A DNA stretch of 64,000 bases from an uncultured virus (IMG/VR IMGVR_UViG_3300007512_002491) (IMGVR_UViG_3300007512_002491), one strand, 5' to 3'. Numbered from the stretch's first letter, positions 18,716 to 28,239 are shown. Program-made: numbers and translations. The notes: generated by a model not told the origin, from the sequence alone.

Positions 18716-21700
18716 TCACCCCGTTCCTTCTAGCGATTCTATGGTATCTGTACTTCCCCAAATTCCATCGGAAGCTGTATTTAAGTCGATATCGCTATAT
18801 CTAAATATTTGTCCCGCGGGACTGTCGCTCGCCGGAGTATAAGTTTTATCTGTGCCAAAGAAAATAGAGGCCCTATAATATACGTATCCAATCGAATCGT
18901 AGTGGTCTTTATCTACAAACACTACTTTAGAATTCAGCGGCGAGCCGACTTTATAAGGAGCGACAACACCATTGTGATCCAAATATAAAATAATATGATC
19001 TATTTCATCTAAAGTTCCACCAACCGTAACAGTAACAATATTAGCTTGCGCTATTAGGCTTCTTTCTACATCTACAGAAATAACATACGGGGTAGAAAGT
19101 TCTCCTCTAGGGTCTATGGTGAAATAAACTTCTTTTTGCGTATAAAGTTGCTCAAAATAATCTGTTAAACCATACACTTGGCCAGGATTAGCTGCGCCGT
19201 AGAAAAGTTGCGGCCAGTTTAATTCTTGAGCTAAATAAGCAAATTGCACGTCTCCTACTCCACTCCTTGTTTCTTTTGTTGTGACTGCTGTTTGTTCAGA
19301 AGCTGCGGCTAACGAAGCAACTTTTAGAGCAACTTTAAATTTTACTTTTCTACTAGACTCTCCACCGCTATTAATAGAATATGAAGTCGTAGCTCCCGCA
19401 ATGGCATTTGACGACAAAACTTCTTCTTCGCCAGTAATACAATCTTGGCGTGTTATTGTATAAGTTGTAACCATACCAGCATTATTTTTTATCGATTCTA
19501 CTTCTGACTGCCACGCTCCACCAGAGCTTCCAAATGTAGCTGCGGTCATATATTCGCTTGTTAAATTAGAAGATATCGCTTCGGCTATGGTGATGCTAAC
19601 AGAGCCAGTCGACTCATCTGCATCGTACACTACCGCAAAAGAAATCGGCTGCACTGGTGCGTCCATAAAAGTTCTCGCAGTAGTATACGCAGCATCCCAA
19701 TATCCCAACATAGTACCATCCGAATCTTGAAAAATAAATTCGACAGTATAAGTTGCGCCGTTACCATATCCTATATCGAGTCGCCGCGTGAACGATGATG
19801 ATATTTGTTCTTCAGTAGTAACAGATATAGTCCCTTTATAAATCGTATTTTGAGAGGGTACCGATTTTTCAATTCCGGTAGCTCCTTCTTTTCCCTTTTC
19901 AAAAGCTACCCACTTTATTTTAGTGCATGATGATGGCAAATTAATAAACCAAGTATCTCCATTAGAGTCTATAGATACATCCGCTCTCGCTATACATACT
20001 GACCTGGTCCAAGAGTTGAACTCAGCAGCGTCGTAAACTTGTATCTCTGTATCTAAAGTGCTTGTTGCTGCACACCTATAAAATCTAGTGTCAGTTAATT
20101 GATAATTATTGAGTGAATGGATCGAAGTGGTAGAAAGTGGTTCCATTTTCACAGTTTGAGCTGTTCTTTCATAGGACGGAAGATAAGATATTTCTTCTAC
20201 TGTGCAATTTACATAAAACGGATTCGGATTTACTAATTCAATAATATCATAAGGTCTTTCAGCGTTTGCTGAATCTACGCTAATGTTAACTGTTTCAAAA
20301 TCTCTAGCAAAATATCCCCTAGCTGCGGCCTGTATGTCTAATGAAACGCTAGTGGCCCCTTGTTTTAAATCTGAAGTTAAATCAGCTTCAGTAAAAGTAC
20401 CCATTGGACTAGCAACATACGTAAGTCGAAGAAATAAATCGTCACTAGCGAAATCTTCAAATTGAGTGTCACTCATAGATCCAACAAAATAAAACTTCAT
20501 TGGAGTATACGCTAAGTTTAGCGAAGTACTACGAATACCTGCGGCCACGGGGCTGCTAACCTCAGTTAAACTATCTTGGTACTCATATAACAATCGATAT
20601 TGTGTTCTATACTCATGTCCTTCGACTGTATACAGGCCGGACGGCGAAAGGGTCCCTGCATAATATTGTTCCCAAGTCTCTATTGGAGATTGAAGTGTGC
20701 CTATCAGGGCTGGATCTATATTGAATTCCATAAGAGAATTGATCAGCGTAGGTGTAGAGTCACCGCTTCTCTCTAAAAGAGCGCTTGCTTCCAACAATAC
20801 GTTGGTGGCAGTATCTCTTTGGTTGTATTCAAGCGAAAGACGGTGGCTCGAATCGAGAGAAATATTGTCACCGAACACTATACCTGGATCAGATGGCCAA
20901 TCGCTGCATACTTCAACTACAGAATAATCTGTTTCTTCAATTTCGTCTACGAATTCTTGACCTGGTCCACCCGTAGACATTGTCGAAAATATAACATCGG
21001 CAGAAGATGGATCTACAGAAGAAAAATAATCAGCTGTGGTTCCACCAGAGCTTTTGCAAAGCTGGCCGACTACTGTGGAAACGCCAATGTTGTATAAATC
21101 TATCTCTCTTATCCAAGCGGTGCACTCTAGAGTCATCAAGTAATTACTTCTGCCAGAATCTGCATCGGTCCCGACTAAATCTATTTTCATATCAGTAATA
21201 CAGGGACCGACATCACTATTAATATAATAGCTTGAGCCGGACCACCCGTCCACTTCGGTCGGTATTGTTGTGGATAACTCTGAGCCATCTGCTGCGTCCA
21301 TGGCATAGTAGCCACCCATGACCCTCCCTGCCGACACGAACGTTGAAGTGGTGTCTGCGACTTCGCCAAGCCACGTCGATTTACTAGAAGCGCTAGCTGC
21401 GTCAGTGGCAGATTCCATAGTTTCTTCTGCAGTTCTGCCTTTGGTGCCAGCGTTGTGGGAAAGGATGCCATCACTAAAATAAGAATGAACGATATCGATT
21501 TCAAAGTTATATACTATCGTTTCTTCGATTATTTTTTCTTTTGAAACTAAGAAATCTTTAACAATTTCTCCATCTTGAAAAACATAAACTGGATCTCCTA
21601 TTTCAGCTTCTGACACTGGAAGCTCACCAGATTCTATGCTAGTACTAAAAATAGGGTGATCAGCTGTGCAACTAAGAGTATATCCAAGAGCCGTAGTTAT

Positions 21701-22048
21701 TTTAAACCATGAAGCTTTTTTAACAGGTAGTAAAATTTCTAAGACTTCGAAATACCCGAATTTACAAGAATCAAAATCATAAGAATATACTTTATCTCCA
21801 AGCTCAACCCACTCAACAGGTATAGAGCCTCTTTGAGTTTGAATTAGCGTTCCCTCTATAACACAGCTTCCTTCATCGGTGCCCGTCGTGCCCCCGGGAG
21901 TAGTGTACCCACCGGGGCCCGAGGTGGGCCCACCGGGCTCAGCGAAAGTTCGACCGTGAGTCTCTGGAGTGAAAGTTTCACTATCGCTGTCTGTACCAGA
22001 AGACCCGTCGCCCTCTGAGTCAAGTATCGAATCACCGAATCCACCCAT
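18716..22048 (-). CDS. Large acidic putative virion protein with an N-proximal Hint (intein-like) domain
   Basis: A 61-aa G/S/T/P-rich leader, then CVIEGTLI...TADHPIF...VYNFEIDIVHSYFSDGILSHN, then about 910 aa of S/T-rich, beta-type sequence. Confidence 0.8.
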   Translation of the reverse strand: MGGFGDSILDSEGDGSSGTDSDSETFTPETHGRTFAEPGGPTSGPGGYTTPGGTTGTDEGSCVIEGTLIQTQRGSIPVEWVELGDKVYSYDFDSCKFGYFEVLEILLPVKKASWFKITTALGYTLSCTADHPIFSTSIESGELPVSEAEIGDPVYVFQDGEIVKDFLVSKEKIIEETIVYNFEIDIVHSYFSDGILSHNAGTKGRTAEETMESATDAASASSKSTWLGEVADTTSTFVSAGRVMGGYYAMDAADGSELSTTIPTEVDGWSGSSYYINSDVGPCITDMKIDLVGTDADSGRSNYLMTLECTAWIREIDLYNIGVSTVVGQLCKSSGGTTADYFSSVDPSSADVIFSTMSTGGPGQEFVDEIEETDYSVVEVCSDWPSDPGIVFGDNISLDSSHRLSLEYNQRDTATNVLLEASALLERSGDSTPTLINSLMEFNIDPALIGTLQSPIETWEQYYAGTLSPSGLYTVEGHEYRTQYRLLYEYQDSLTEVSSPVAAGIRSTSLNLAYTPMKFYFVGSMSDTQFEDFASDDLFLRLTYVASPMGTFTEADLTSDLKQGATSVSLDIQAAARGYFARDFETVNISVDSANAERPYDIIELVNPNPFYVNCTVEEISYLPSYERTAQTVKMEPLSTTSIHSLNNYQLTDTRFYRCAATSTLDTEIQVYDAAEFNSWTRSVCIARADVSIDSNGDTWFINLPSSCTKIKWVAFEKGKEGATGIEKSVPSQNTIYKGTISVTTEEQISSSFTRRLDIGYGNGATYTVEFIFQDSDGTMLGYWDAAYTTARTFMDAPVQPISFAVVYDADESTGSVSITIAEAISSNLTSEYMTAATFGSSGGAWQSEVESIKNNAGMVTTYTITRQDCITGEEEVLSSNAIAGATTSYSINSGGESSRKVKFKVALKVASLAAASEQTAVTTKETRSGVGDVQFAYLAQELNWPQLFYGAANPGQVYGLTDYFEQLYTQKEVYFTIDPRGELSTPYVISVDVERSLIAQANIVTVTVGGTLDEIDHIILYLDHNGVVAPYKVGSPLNSKVVFVDKDHYDSIGYVYYRASIFFGTDKTYTPASDSPAGQIFRYSDIDLNTASDGIWGSTDTIESLEGTG
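21452..21865 (-). other. Hint domain (138 aa, BIL/PT-HINT-like, no homing endonuclease)
   Basis: Cys1 codon at 21863-21865, block B TADH, block F VYNFEI, terminal His-Asn ending at 21452. The +1 residue is Ala. Confidence 0.88.
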
Positions 22049-23004
22049 TAGTCTGCCTCATCGTCAAATACTAAAGTCATCAAATTTGCGAAACATAAAG
22101 ACCCTACTGAATCTCTAAATAACTTACCCACAAAAAATACGTGAGCTGACCTGTCTGACTCTATATTAAAAGTACCATAATCTATTACGGAAAGTTTTTC
22201 CAAGGTGCCACCTGAGCTACTATCAGAAATTTCTTCAAAAATTTGGCACAGTATATTATTTTCTCCAGAAGTTTCTTCAAAGTCTATAGTTTGATAATCG
22301 TATTTTGAGAGATAACTTTCAACAGTAGACCACTCGGTTGTTCCCACACCGTTAATTTGAGTATATTCAGCTAAGACTGCTCCGTCCGGAGCGTCGAGAT
22401 GCGGTTTAGACATAGGGGGCAAATATTTAAAATTTGGTAAGTGAGAAAACATAGAAGATTGAAAGACACATTCTACATCATCTTGAGAAATACTAGTTAA
22501 ATCTTCGTCTTCGTTTAAAGGACCGTCGTCGGAGACATAAAATGATGCAGTAGTTGGATTTATTTTAAATGTTGCCCCTTTGTCTTCTTTGAAGAGGTCT
22601 CTGGTGCCAATAATTCTTTGAGCCCTAAAATGATCTGTAGCATTATTGCAAATAGTTTCCGATATTAAATCAATTGATCCGGTATAAGCTGCACCCTGAG
22701 CAGACCCAGTCGTAAATGTAACATCTTGCCCGTTTATTACATACTCTCCAGACTGAAATGGCGCAAGATTGCCGTCGGGATCAATTTCATAAATTATTTG
22801 ATCATTTTCAGTATGAGAAGCTTCAAAATAGAGATTATCTGTTAAATCTAAAAGAGCTCCTGAAGAACCAGATTCATAAATAATCTGTCTGTCTGTAAAA
22901 GATGCATATTCAATTTTCATCCTACCAGAAGCCATCTGAGATCTTCCGAGCGGAGTGATTATAACGTCCATTACTCGAGTTTTGTTGTCTAATATGCCGG
23001 CCAT
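22048..23004 (-). CDS. Virion structural protein, N-terminal paralogue of 10339..11043
   Basis: MAGILDNKTRVMDVIITPLGRSQMASGRMKIEYASFTD...YFEA aligns by eye with MGFLDHSTNNIIVDAVLTDIGRKKLAEG...VFEA. Confidence 0.6.
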   Translation of the reverse strand: MAGILDNKTRVMDVIITPLGRSQMASGRMKIEYASFTDRQIIYESGSSGALLDLTDNLYFEASHTENDQIIYEIDPDGNLAPFQSGEYVINGQDVTFTTGSAQGAAYTGSIDLISETICNNATDHFRAQRIIGTRDLFKEDKGATFKINPTTASFYVSDDGPLNEDEDLTSISQDDVECVFQSSMFSHLPNFKYLPPMSKPHLDAPDGAVLAEYTQINGVGTTEWSTVESYLSKYDYQTIDFEETSGENNILCQIFEEISDSSSGGTLEKLSVIDYGTFNIESDRSAHVFFVGKLFRDSVGSLCFANLMTLVFDDEAD

Positions 23005-23022
23005 AATATGTTCCTTCTTAGA

Positions 23023-23547
23023 CTAAATATCTTCGAGAGCAATTTCTCCATCTTCTTCTTTAACATTTGGCAAGGAAGATCTTTTAGTTTTCACACTTTC
23101 CGGCCGCTGGCCTGGTTTTCGACGGGATTTTTTAGTTTTGTTAGAGCCGGAATTTCCAATCTCTAATTGCTCCATTATTTCTTTTTGATGCTTTTCTACT
23201 TCTTTTATCTCTACTAAAAGAACGCTAAGATCCTGTAGATTCTTTATTTGAATTTCTTTTTTAGCGTTCAAAATATTAAAGCTATCATTTATTTCTGCTG
23301 GATATTTTTGCGAAAACTGTAAAAGCTCGCCAAAAGAATTAAGCAGCATCGTTGCCTGATCTTCTAAGTTCTCTACTGTAGTTACTCCATTAATAACGTT
23401 AGTTAAATAAGAAGAAATAGAATTACATAAACTTGAAATCTGACTTTTAGAATCTAATAATTTTGCTAGGTCTTGATTGCATTTAGTTAAATCATTTTCT
23501 GCATTTTTTATAAAGTTTGTAACTTTGTCAGAAATAGTACTTGACAT
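23023..23547 (-). CDS. Hypothetical coiled-coil protein with a basic C-terminal patch
   Basis: The track starts it at 23592, but the ATG at 23547 (MSSTISDK) has a GGAG SD and is the likelier start. C-terminal KKSRRKPGQRPES. Confidence 0.65.
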   Translation of the reverse strand: MSSTISDKVTNFIKNAENDLTKCNQDLAKLLDSKSQISSLCNSISSYLTNVINGVTTVENLEDQATMLLNSFGELLQFSQKYPAEINDSFNILNAKKEIQIKNLQDLSVLLVEIKEVEKHQKEIMEQLEIGNSGSNKTKKSRRKPGQRPESVKTKRSSLPNVKEEDGEIALEDI

Positions 23548-23600
23548 TTTTTCTCCAAAATAAAAATACAGATAAAAAATATCTTCTTTCATACCAAAGT

Positions 23601-23632
23601 AAAAAAGTGGGGACCCCCGAAGAGGTCCCCAC
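23601..23632 (-). terminator. Intrinsic (rho-independent) terminator
   Basis: Minus strand reads GTGGGGACCTC-TTCG-GGGGTCCCCAC-TTTTTT: an 11-bp stem with one G-U pair, a cUUCGg tetraloop and a U6 tail, 25 nt after the stop at 23658. Confidence 0.93.
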
Positions 23633-23657
23633 AGACAAAATAGCTAAAAGCTAAAAA

Positions 23658-25730
23658 TTATCTAACGATAACAGTAAGAACGTCATCGTTTACAAGGGCG
23701 AACTGAACTCTAATATCAGTCGCGGCAGCGCCATCAGTCTGGTCAAGAATGTAATCTTTGCTAGATCCAGAAAGCAGAAGCTGTCCATTAACGTATGCAT
23801 CAACACGGTCTTCTCTGTCAGCAACTGGAATAGAGCTGAGATCTAAAGCTCCAATGTGGGCTCTATCACCAGACGCAATGCCCGAACCAGAAACTTCGAG
23901 AGTTTTCTTGTCTGCAGTTGCACCGGCTCCGAAAGTAGTCCAGGCTCCAGTACTATTTTTAAACTGCATAGTACCATTGTTGTTGCGAATACCAAAACCA
24001 GCGGAACCGTTACCGATCGCCGCACCATCGTTTGTGCTAAAGTTCAAATATGAAGTGTTAGCGGATGCACGATTGAACTGCAAGAATGGATTTGTTCCAA
24101 CTGACACCAGCTGAACGTCATTACCACCAGCATCCATACGGATATCAGCAGCAGCAACAATCTTAAGATCAGTATCTAACTGAATTGAGTTACTAGATCC
24201 ACCAAAAGTTACTTTCTGGGCGCCGTCCATGTTGAGATCGCCACCAGCAACAGTAAGAACGTTGCTAGCTTGAGTCATCGTCATATCGCCGCCGTCCCAG
24301 TTAATAACACCACCTTCCGCAAGGAAGAGGTCTTGCCACTGCATCGTCGCGGAGCCAAGAGCACCACCGTTAGAAGTAGATGGTATTAAATGACCATCGA
24401 CCAACACATCGCTACCGCCTGGATCAAGAATTAGATCTGCAGCAGAAACAACTATCATGTGGTTCTCAGCATTTCTATCAATGTAGTTAGTAGCAGTGTC
24501 GACTTCTAGTCTTCCAGCACGGAAGTTAGTAACCGCCATACCTGCAACTGAAGCTACAGAGCCACTCTGGGTATCAAGGATACCAACGGCCATGGTGTCA
24601 GCAGCAACCCTACCAAAAACTAAATCAGTACCTGCAGATGAACCAGAGATGATTGCCATACCGCCATTAGAGTCAGCAGTAGTGTTACCAGCGCCCATCG
24701 CAATAACTGGATCTTTAACTAAAAGATTGACAGAGTCAATAGTAGTAGTTGTTCCTTCAACATTTAGGTCACCGGGAATGATAACTTTACCACCGCCACC
24801 AAGAGTAATATTTGCGCTTGTTACAGCAGCAAAAATTTCTTTAGCTTCGTTGGCGTCAGCGAGGATGTTACCGTCAACGCGTAGGTGGTTAAGAGCAGCA
24901 ACTGTAGAAGTAGCTGCACCAAGCGAAAGAACGTTAGCTCCAACACTAGCACCAATTGCAGCATTTGCAGCAGAAAAGTCAATATCATTACCAGCAACAG
25001 TAAGGTCAGCGGCAACTGTAGCATTTTGATCTGCATCAATACTAATGCAAGCTTCACCGTCAGCGTTCTGAATCTCAAGACCAGAAACCTTAAGCTTACC
25101 AGCAACATTTGTAACTGAGTTTGTTGGAGTAGCGTGTGGAACGATACTCAACATAGTAGCTGGCGTGCCACTGATATTGTTTAAAACTCCAAAGGCTTGA
25201 GATGTTTGAGCTCCAAGTGTCCAAGCGTCTCCATTATCATCATTATTATCAGCTTGAAGATTAAGAGTGGCACCTGTATCATTGGCTGCTGTTACTACAA
25301 TGTCTCCGCCATTAACACTAACGTCGCCTGCAAAAGCTGCGTTGTTGGAACCATCTAGCGTGATTACTGTTCCGCCAGAGCCTTTAATATCATTACCAGT
25401 AACAGTAAGATCTCCAGCAACAGTAAGATCTCTACCAGACATTGTTAAAGTAGCTACGCCATCAGAAGCCTGAATGTCGTTACCATTAAGTCTGATATCT
25501 CCAGAGAAGGTCGACGTGGCGTGGGTAAAAAGACCAGCGGCCGACTGACTGAATGAGTCAGCTCCGTTAATTCTTTTAATAGCACCAGCTACCATGCTCA
25601 TCACTCCGCCGAAATCAACATTTAGTGCAGATCCTGTCTGGGATGAACTGATTTGATCATTGATCTCGCCAGCTGCCGTACCAAAAGATGCGGTGAGTTG
25701 GGTCAATCTTAATTGTGTTCTATTAGCCAT
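23658..25730 (-). CDS. Fibre-like virion protein (G/A/T/D-rich beta repeats), probably highly expressed
   Basis: Repeats such as LTVAGDLTVTGNDI, and a C-terminal VDAYVNGQLL...DY...FALVNDDVLTV module. Strong AAGGAG SD, strong GCT/GGT/GTT/ACT codon bias, own terminator. Confidence 0.7.
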   Translation of the reverse strand: MANRTQLRLTQLTASFGTAAGEINDQISSSQTGSALNVDFGGVMSMVAGAIKRINGADSFSQSAAGLFTHATSTFSGDIRLNGNDIQASDGVATLTMSGRDLTVAGDLTVTGNDIKGSGGTVITLDGSNNAAFAGDVSVNGGDIVVTAANDTGATLNLQADNNDDNGDAWTLGAQTSQAFGVLNNISGTPATMLSIVPHATPTNSVTNVAGKLKVSGLEIQNADGEACISIDADQNATVAADLTVAGNDIDFSAANAAIGASVGANVLSLGAATSTVAALNHLRVDGNILADANEAKEIFAAVTSANITLGGGGKVIIPGDLNVEGTTTTIDSVNLLVKDPVIAMGAGNTTADSNGGMAIISGSSAGTDLVFGRVAADTMAVGILDTQSGSVASVAGMAVTNFRAGRLEVDTATNYIDRNAENHMIVVSAADLILDPGGSDVLVDGHLIPSTSNGGALGSATMQWQDLFLAEGGVINWDGGDMTMTQASNVLTVAGGDLNMDGAQKVTFGGSSNSIQLDTDLKIVAAADIRMDAGGNDVQLVSVGTNPFLQFNRASANTSYLNFSTNDGAAIGNGSAGFGIRNNNGTMQFKNSTGAWTTFGAGATADKKTLEVSGSGIASGDRAHIGALDLSSIPVADREDRVDAYVNGQLLLSGSSKDYILDQTDGAAATDIRVQFALVNDDVLTVIVR

Positions 25731-25822
25731 TATTTACTCCTTTTTTTAAAAATTAGGCTAAACGTATAAAAAAACCTAAACTAACTAAAAAAACGAAATA
25801 AAACGATTTAACGTAACGAATG

Positions 25823-25829
25823 TAAGTAT
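25823..25829 (-). promoter_or_regulatory. Candidate late promoter core ATACTTA
   Basis: The 9-mer ATACTTACA occurs here and at 26101-26109, each in an intergenic gap upstream of a gene. The variant ATATTTA precedes four other genes. Confidence 0.5.
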
Positions 25830-25840
25830 TAAAAACTAGA

Positions 25841-26062
25841 TTAATTTCCAGAAGTTTTTAGAAGAGTTCTTAAATTTCTTACCTGCTGGTCAAATCTTGA
25901 ACACTCAGAGTTTAAAAAATTTATTGAAAGTTTTTTTGCTTCTTTGTTTGGATCATCAAACTCAAAAACAAAAACTCCTCGGTCATTTACGCGGGCGTCT
26001 TTCAAAACCAGCCCATTTATCATAAAATAAGCTGCTAGTCCTAAATCGTTAATAATAAACAT
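25841..26062 (-). CDS. Small DUF5659-like protein
   Basis: 73 aa with NDLGLAAYFMING...VFVFEF. The family resemblance is from memory. Confidence 0.55.
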   Translation of the reverse strand: MFIINDLGLAAYFMINGLVLKDARVNDRGVFVFEFDDPNKEAKKLSINFLNSECSRFDQQVRNLRTLLKTSGN

Positions 26063-26102
26063 CGATTAATTTACCCCGTAGAAGAAACATGACCTGCATC
26101 TG

Positions 26103-26109
26103 TAAGTAT
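26103..26109 (-). promoter_or_regulatory. Candidate late promoter core ATACTTA
   Basis: Intergenic, about 40 nt upstream of the ATG at 26062. Same 9-mer as at 25821-25829. Confidence 0.5.
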
Positions 26110-26139
26110 AAAGAAAAACGAACAGTTTCTTAGGTCTTG

Positions 26140-28239
26140 CTACAAGTATTTCACTAAAATAATATCGTCTGATTCTAACGTGAATTTAAATGTTATGTCA
26201 GTGGTGTTTCCATCTAATTCATAATCTAAAGAAGAACCAGATATCATGCATACTCCGTTTACAAAAATTTGTGTTTTTTCATAATCATAAGAATTTTTAG
26301 AAAAATCTGCACTTGGAATTGAAAGAGTGCTATCAGAAGCATGAGTGCCGGTAACAAAATATAAACTAGAACTAGGTGCCGTTGCTAGAGTAACATTTCC
26401 GCTAGACCCTCCGCCAGATAATCCATTTCCAGCCGTAACTCCTGTAATAGTACCACCAGAAGAAGATATATTGATAGATCCATTAGAAGCAGAAGTAATA
26501 GTTATTCCAGAGCCAGCAACTAAATACGAAGTACCATCTTGTATGTTTGTTAAAGACCCAGAAAAAGCCGGAGAAGTTACGAAAGTAGTAGATCCTATAG
26601 ATCCTGTTATTCCTATGTTTCCGGAGAACTGAGAGCCTGTCAGAGTGGCTACAACAGAATTGTCTACTGATAGAGTAAATGGACTCCCAGCTCCAGAATC
26701 AACTGATTTTATTCCGGTACCAGCAGTTAAAACTCTTTCAGCACTTAAAGATCCAGTTGCCTGCAACACTAAATACTGAGCGCTTGTATCTCCAGTGCCA
26801 GTTGCGTTTCCAGACAGCTTTGAAAGTATTACGTCTAGTTGATCGTCATCCTCAAGGCCGAAAGCTAGCTTAACGCTCCCAGAAGTAAAAACAGTATAGT
26901 CTTTGTCTGAAGAAGAAACTTCGGCAGCCGTACCAGAATGTAGTAGTTGTCCGTTTAAATAAACATCTATTAAGTCTTTATCAAAAAGAACATCAGAAAA
27001 GTTAGAAAACTGAGTTTCTATTTGAGAGTTTGCAGGTATAGAACTTGTTATAAAATAACTTTGTTTGCTTCTACCAGTAATGTTAGAAGAGTTAGAAGAA
27101 ATAGTAAGAGAATTAGACCCAGTTACTATAGTAATTCCAGAACCAGCTTCTATTAATTTTGCGTTAGATAAAGAGCCAGTAATTTTGCTTACTAAGTATT
27201 CAGCTTTTGAATCTCCATCACCTGAGCCGCCTCCACCTCCGGTAGAAGCTATCGTAACAGAACCATTAGAAGCAGAAGTTATTGTAACATTGGAACCGGC
27301 AACTAGATAACTAGTTCCATCTAAAAGTTGCGTTAAAGACCCAGAAAAAGCTGGAGAAGTAATAGCGGTCGTTGATCCTATAGATCCTGTTACCCCAAGG
27401 TTTCCAGAAAACTGAGAGCCTGTCAGAGTGGCTACAACAGAATTGTCGATGGACAAAGTAAAAGCAGACCCTGCTCCAGAATCAACTGATTTTATTCCTG
27501 TTCCAGCAGTTAAAACTCTTTCTGCATTTAATGAACCAGTAGCAGACAAAACTAAATATTCTGCATTCGCATCCCCGGGTCCAGAGCCGCCGCCGGAACC
27601 AGTGAGCGAACTCATCATATCTCCAACGTATATAAACGCTTTTGCATACGCTGGTATTTTAGTAGAATCATATTCTTGAAGAAATAAAACTCCGCTAAAT
27701 GTATCTATTAGCCAGTCTACTTCGTCAAGTAAAGGTATTTGGTCTCCTATTCCACCAGACCCGTTTGATTCATAAAGAGTTAGTGAATATGGGTTTGGAG
27801 AATCTGAAGAAAAAAGCTCTGGAACAATTTGCAACGCTCCAGCAGACCCCGAAAGAACTTGGCTGTTAGTAAATGGAAAAGTTCCAGATTTAGAATTGTT
27901 TGTAAGAGATTGATAACTACCGGTAAGAGCTAATGCATAACCGTGCGTGCCTGGATTAGAGCCTTCGTCTCCTCCTCCGCCTGGGTCGTTAGCATCATAG
28001 CTCGTTCCAGGGATTGCGCTTATATCAAAAACCACATATTCTACTGCATTATTTTGAACTGTGTACAAACTCTTAGACGGAGATGGCGGTAGAGGCAAAC
28101 CAAATACAGTAGTTGCTCCTACCTGAATATTGCTCCCTATAGTTTCTTGAGAGTCAGACTTAAGATTAGAAGTATTAGCTTTTCCCAAAAGCTTTTTAAA
28201 AGCAAAGTCTAAAGCAGTTGTAGTAGTTTTTCCAGCCAT
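26140..28239 (-). CDS. Tail-fibre-like protein with internal repeats
   Basis: Two copies of an approximately 107-aa repeat (AEYLVL.ATGSL.AERVLTAGTGIKSVDSGAGS...ATLTGSQFSGN.G.TGSIGSTT..TSPAFSGSLT) and two NG...DY modules (VYLNGQLL...DY and IFVNGVCM...DY). Confidence 0.75.
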   Translation of the reverse strand: MAGKTTTTALDFAFKKLLGKANTSNLKSDSQETIGSNIQVGATTVFGLPLPPSPSKSLYTVQNNAVEYVVFDISAIPGTSYDANDPGGGGDEGSNPGTHGYALALTGSYQSLTNNSKSGTFPFTNSQVLSGSAGALQIVPELFSSDSPNPYSLTLYESNGSGGIGDQIPLLDEVDWLIDTFSGVLFLQEYDSTKIPAYAKAFIYVGDMMSSLTGSGGGSGPGDANAEYLVLSATGSLNAERVLTAGTGIKSVDSGAGSAFTLSIDNSVVATLTGSQFSGNLGVTGSIGSTTAITSPAFSGSLTQLLDGTSYLVAGSNVTITSASNGSVTIASTGGGGGSGDGDSKAEYLVSKITGSLSNAKLIEAGSGITIVTGSNSLTISSNSSNITGRSKQSYFITSSIPANSQIETQFSNFSDVLFDKDLIDVYLNGQLLHSGTAAEVSSSDKDYTVFTSGSVKLAFGLEDDDQLDVILSKLSGNATGTGDTSAQYLVLQATGSLSAERVLTAGTGIKSVDSGAGSPFTLSVDNSVVATLTGSQFSGNIGITGSIGSTTFVTSPAFSGSLTNIQDGTSYLVAGSGITITSASNGSINISSSGGTITGVTAGNGLSGGGSSGNVTLATAPSSSLYFVTGTHASDSTLSIPSADFSKNSYDYEKTQIFVNGVCMISGSSLDYELDGNTTDITFKFTLESDDIILVKYL
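26461..27564 (-). repeat. Two approximately 320-bp direct repeats (about 26461-26782 and 27244-27564) within the fibre gene
   Basis: Similarity is visible in the DNA: ccagaatcaactgattttattcc and ccagcagttaaaactctttc each occur in both copies. Confidence 0.85.

Noticed and set aside
21452..21865. Mobile homing intein
   Set aside because: There is no LAGLIDADG or HNH insert, the +1 residue is Ala, and the domain follows a disordered leader instead of interrupting a conserved enzyme motif.
23548..23592. Longer N-terminus (MKEDIFYLYFYFGEK) given by the ORF track
   Set aside because: The downstream ATG at 23547 has a well-spaced GGAG SD, while the extension starts right beside the terminator tail with no SD.
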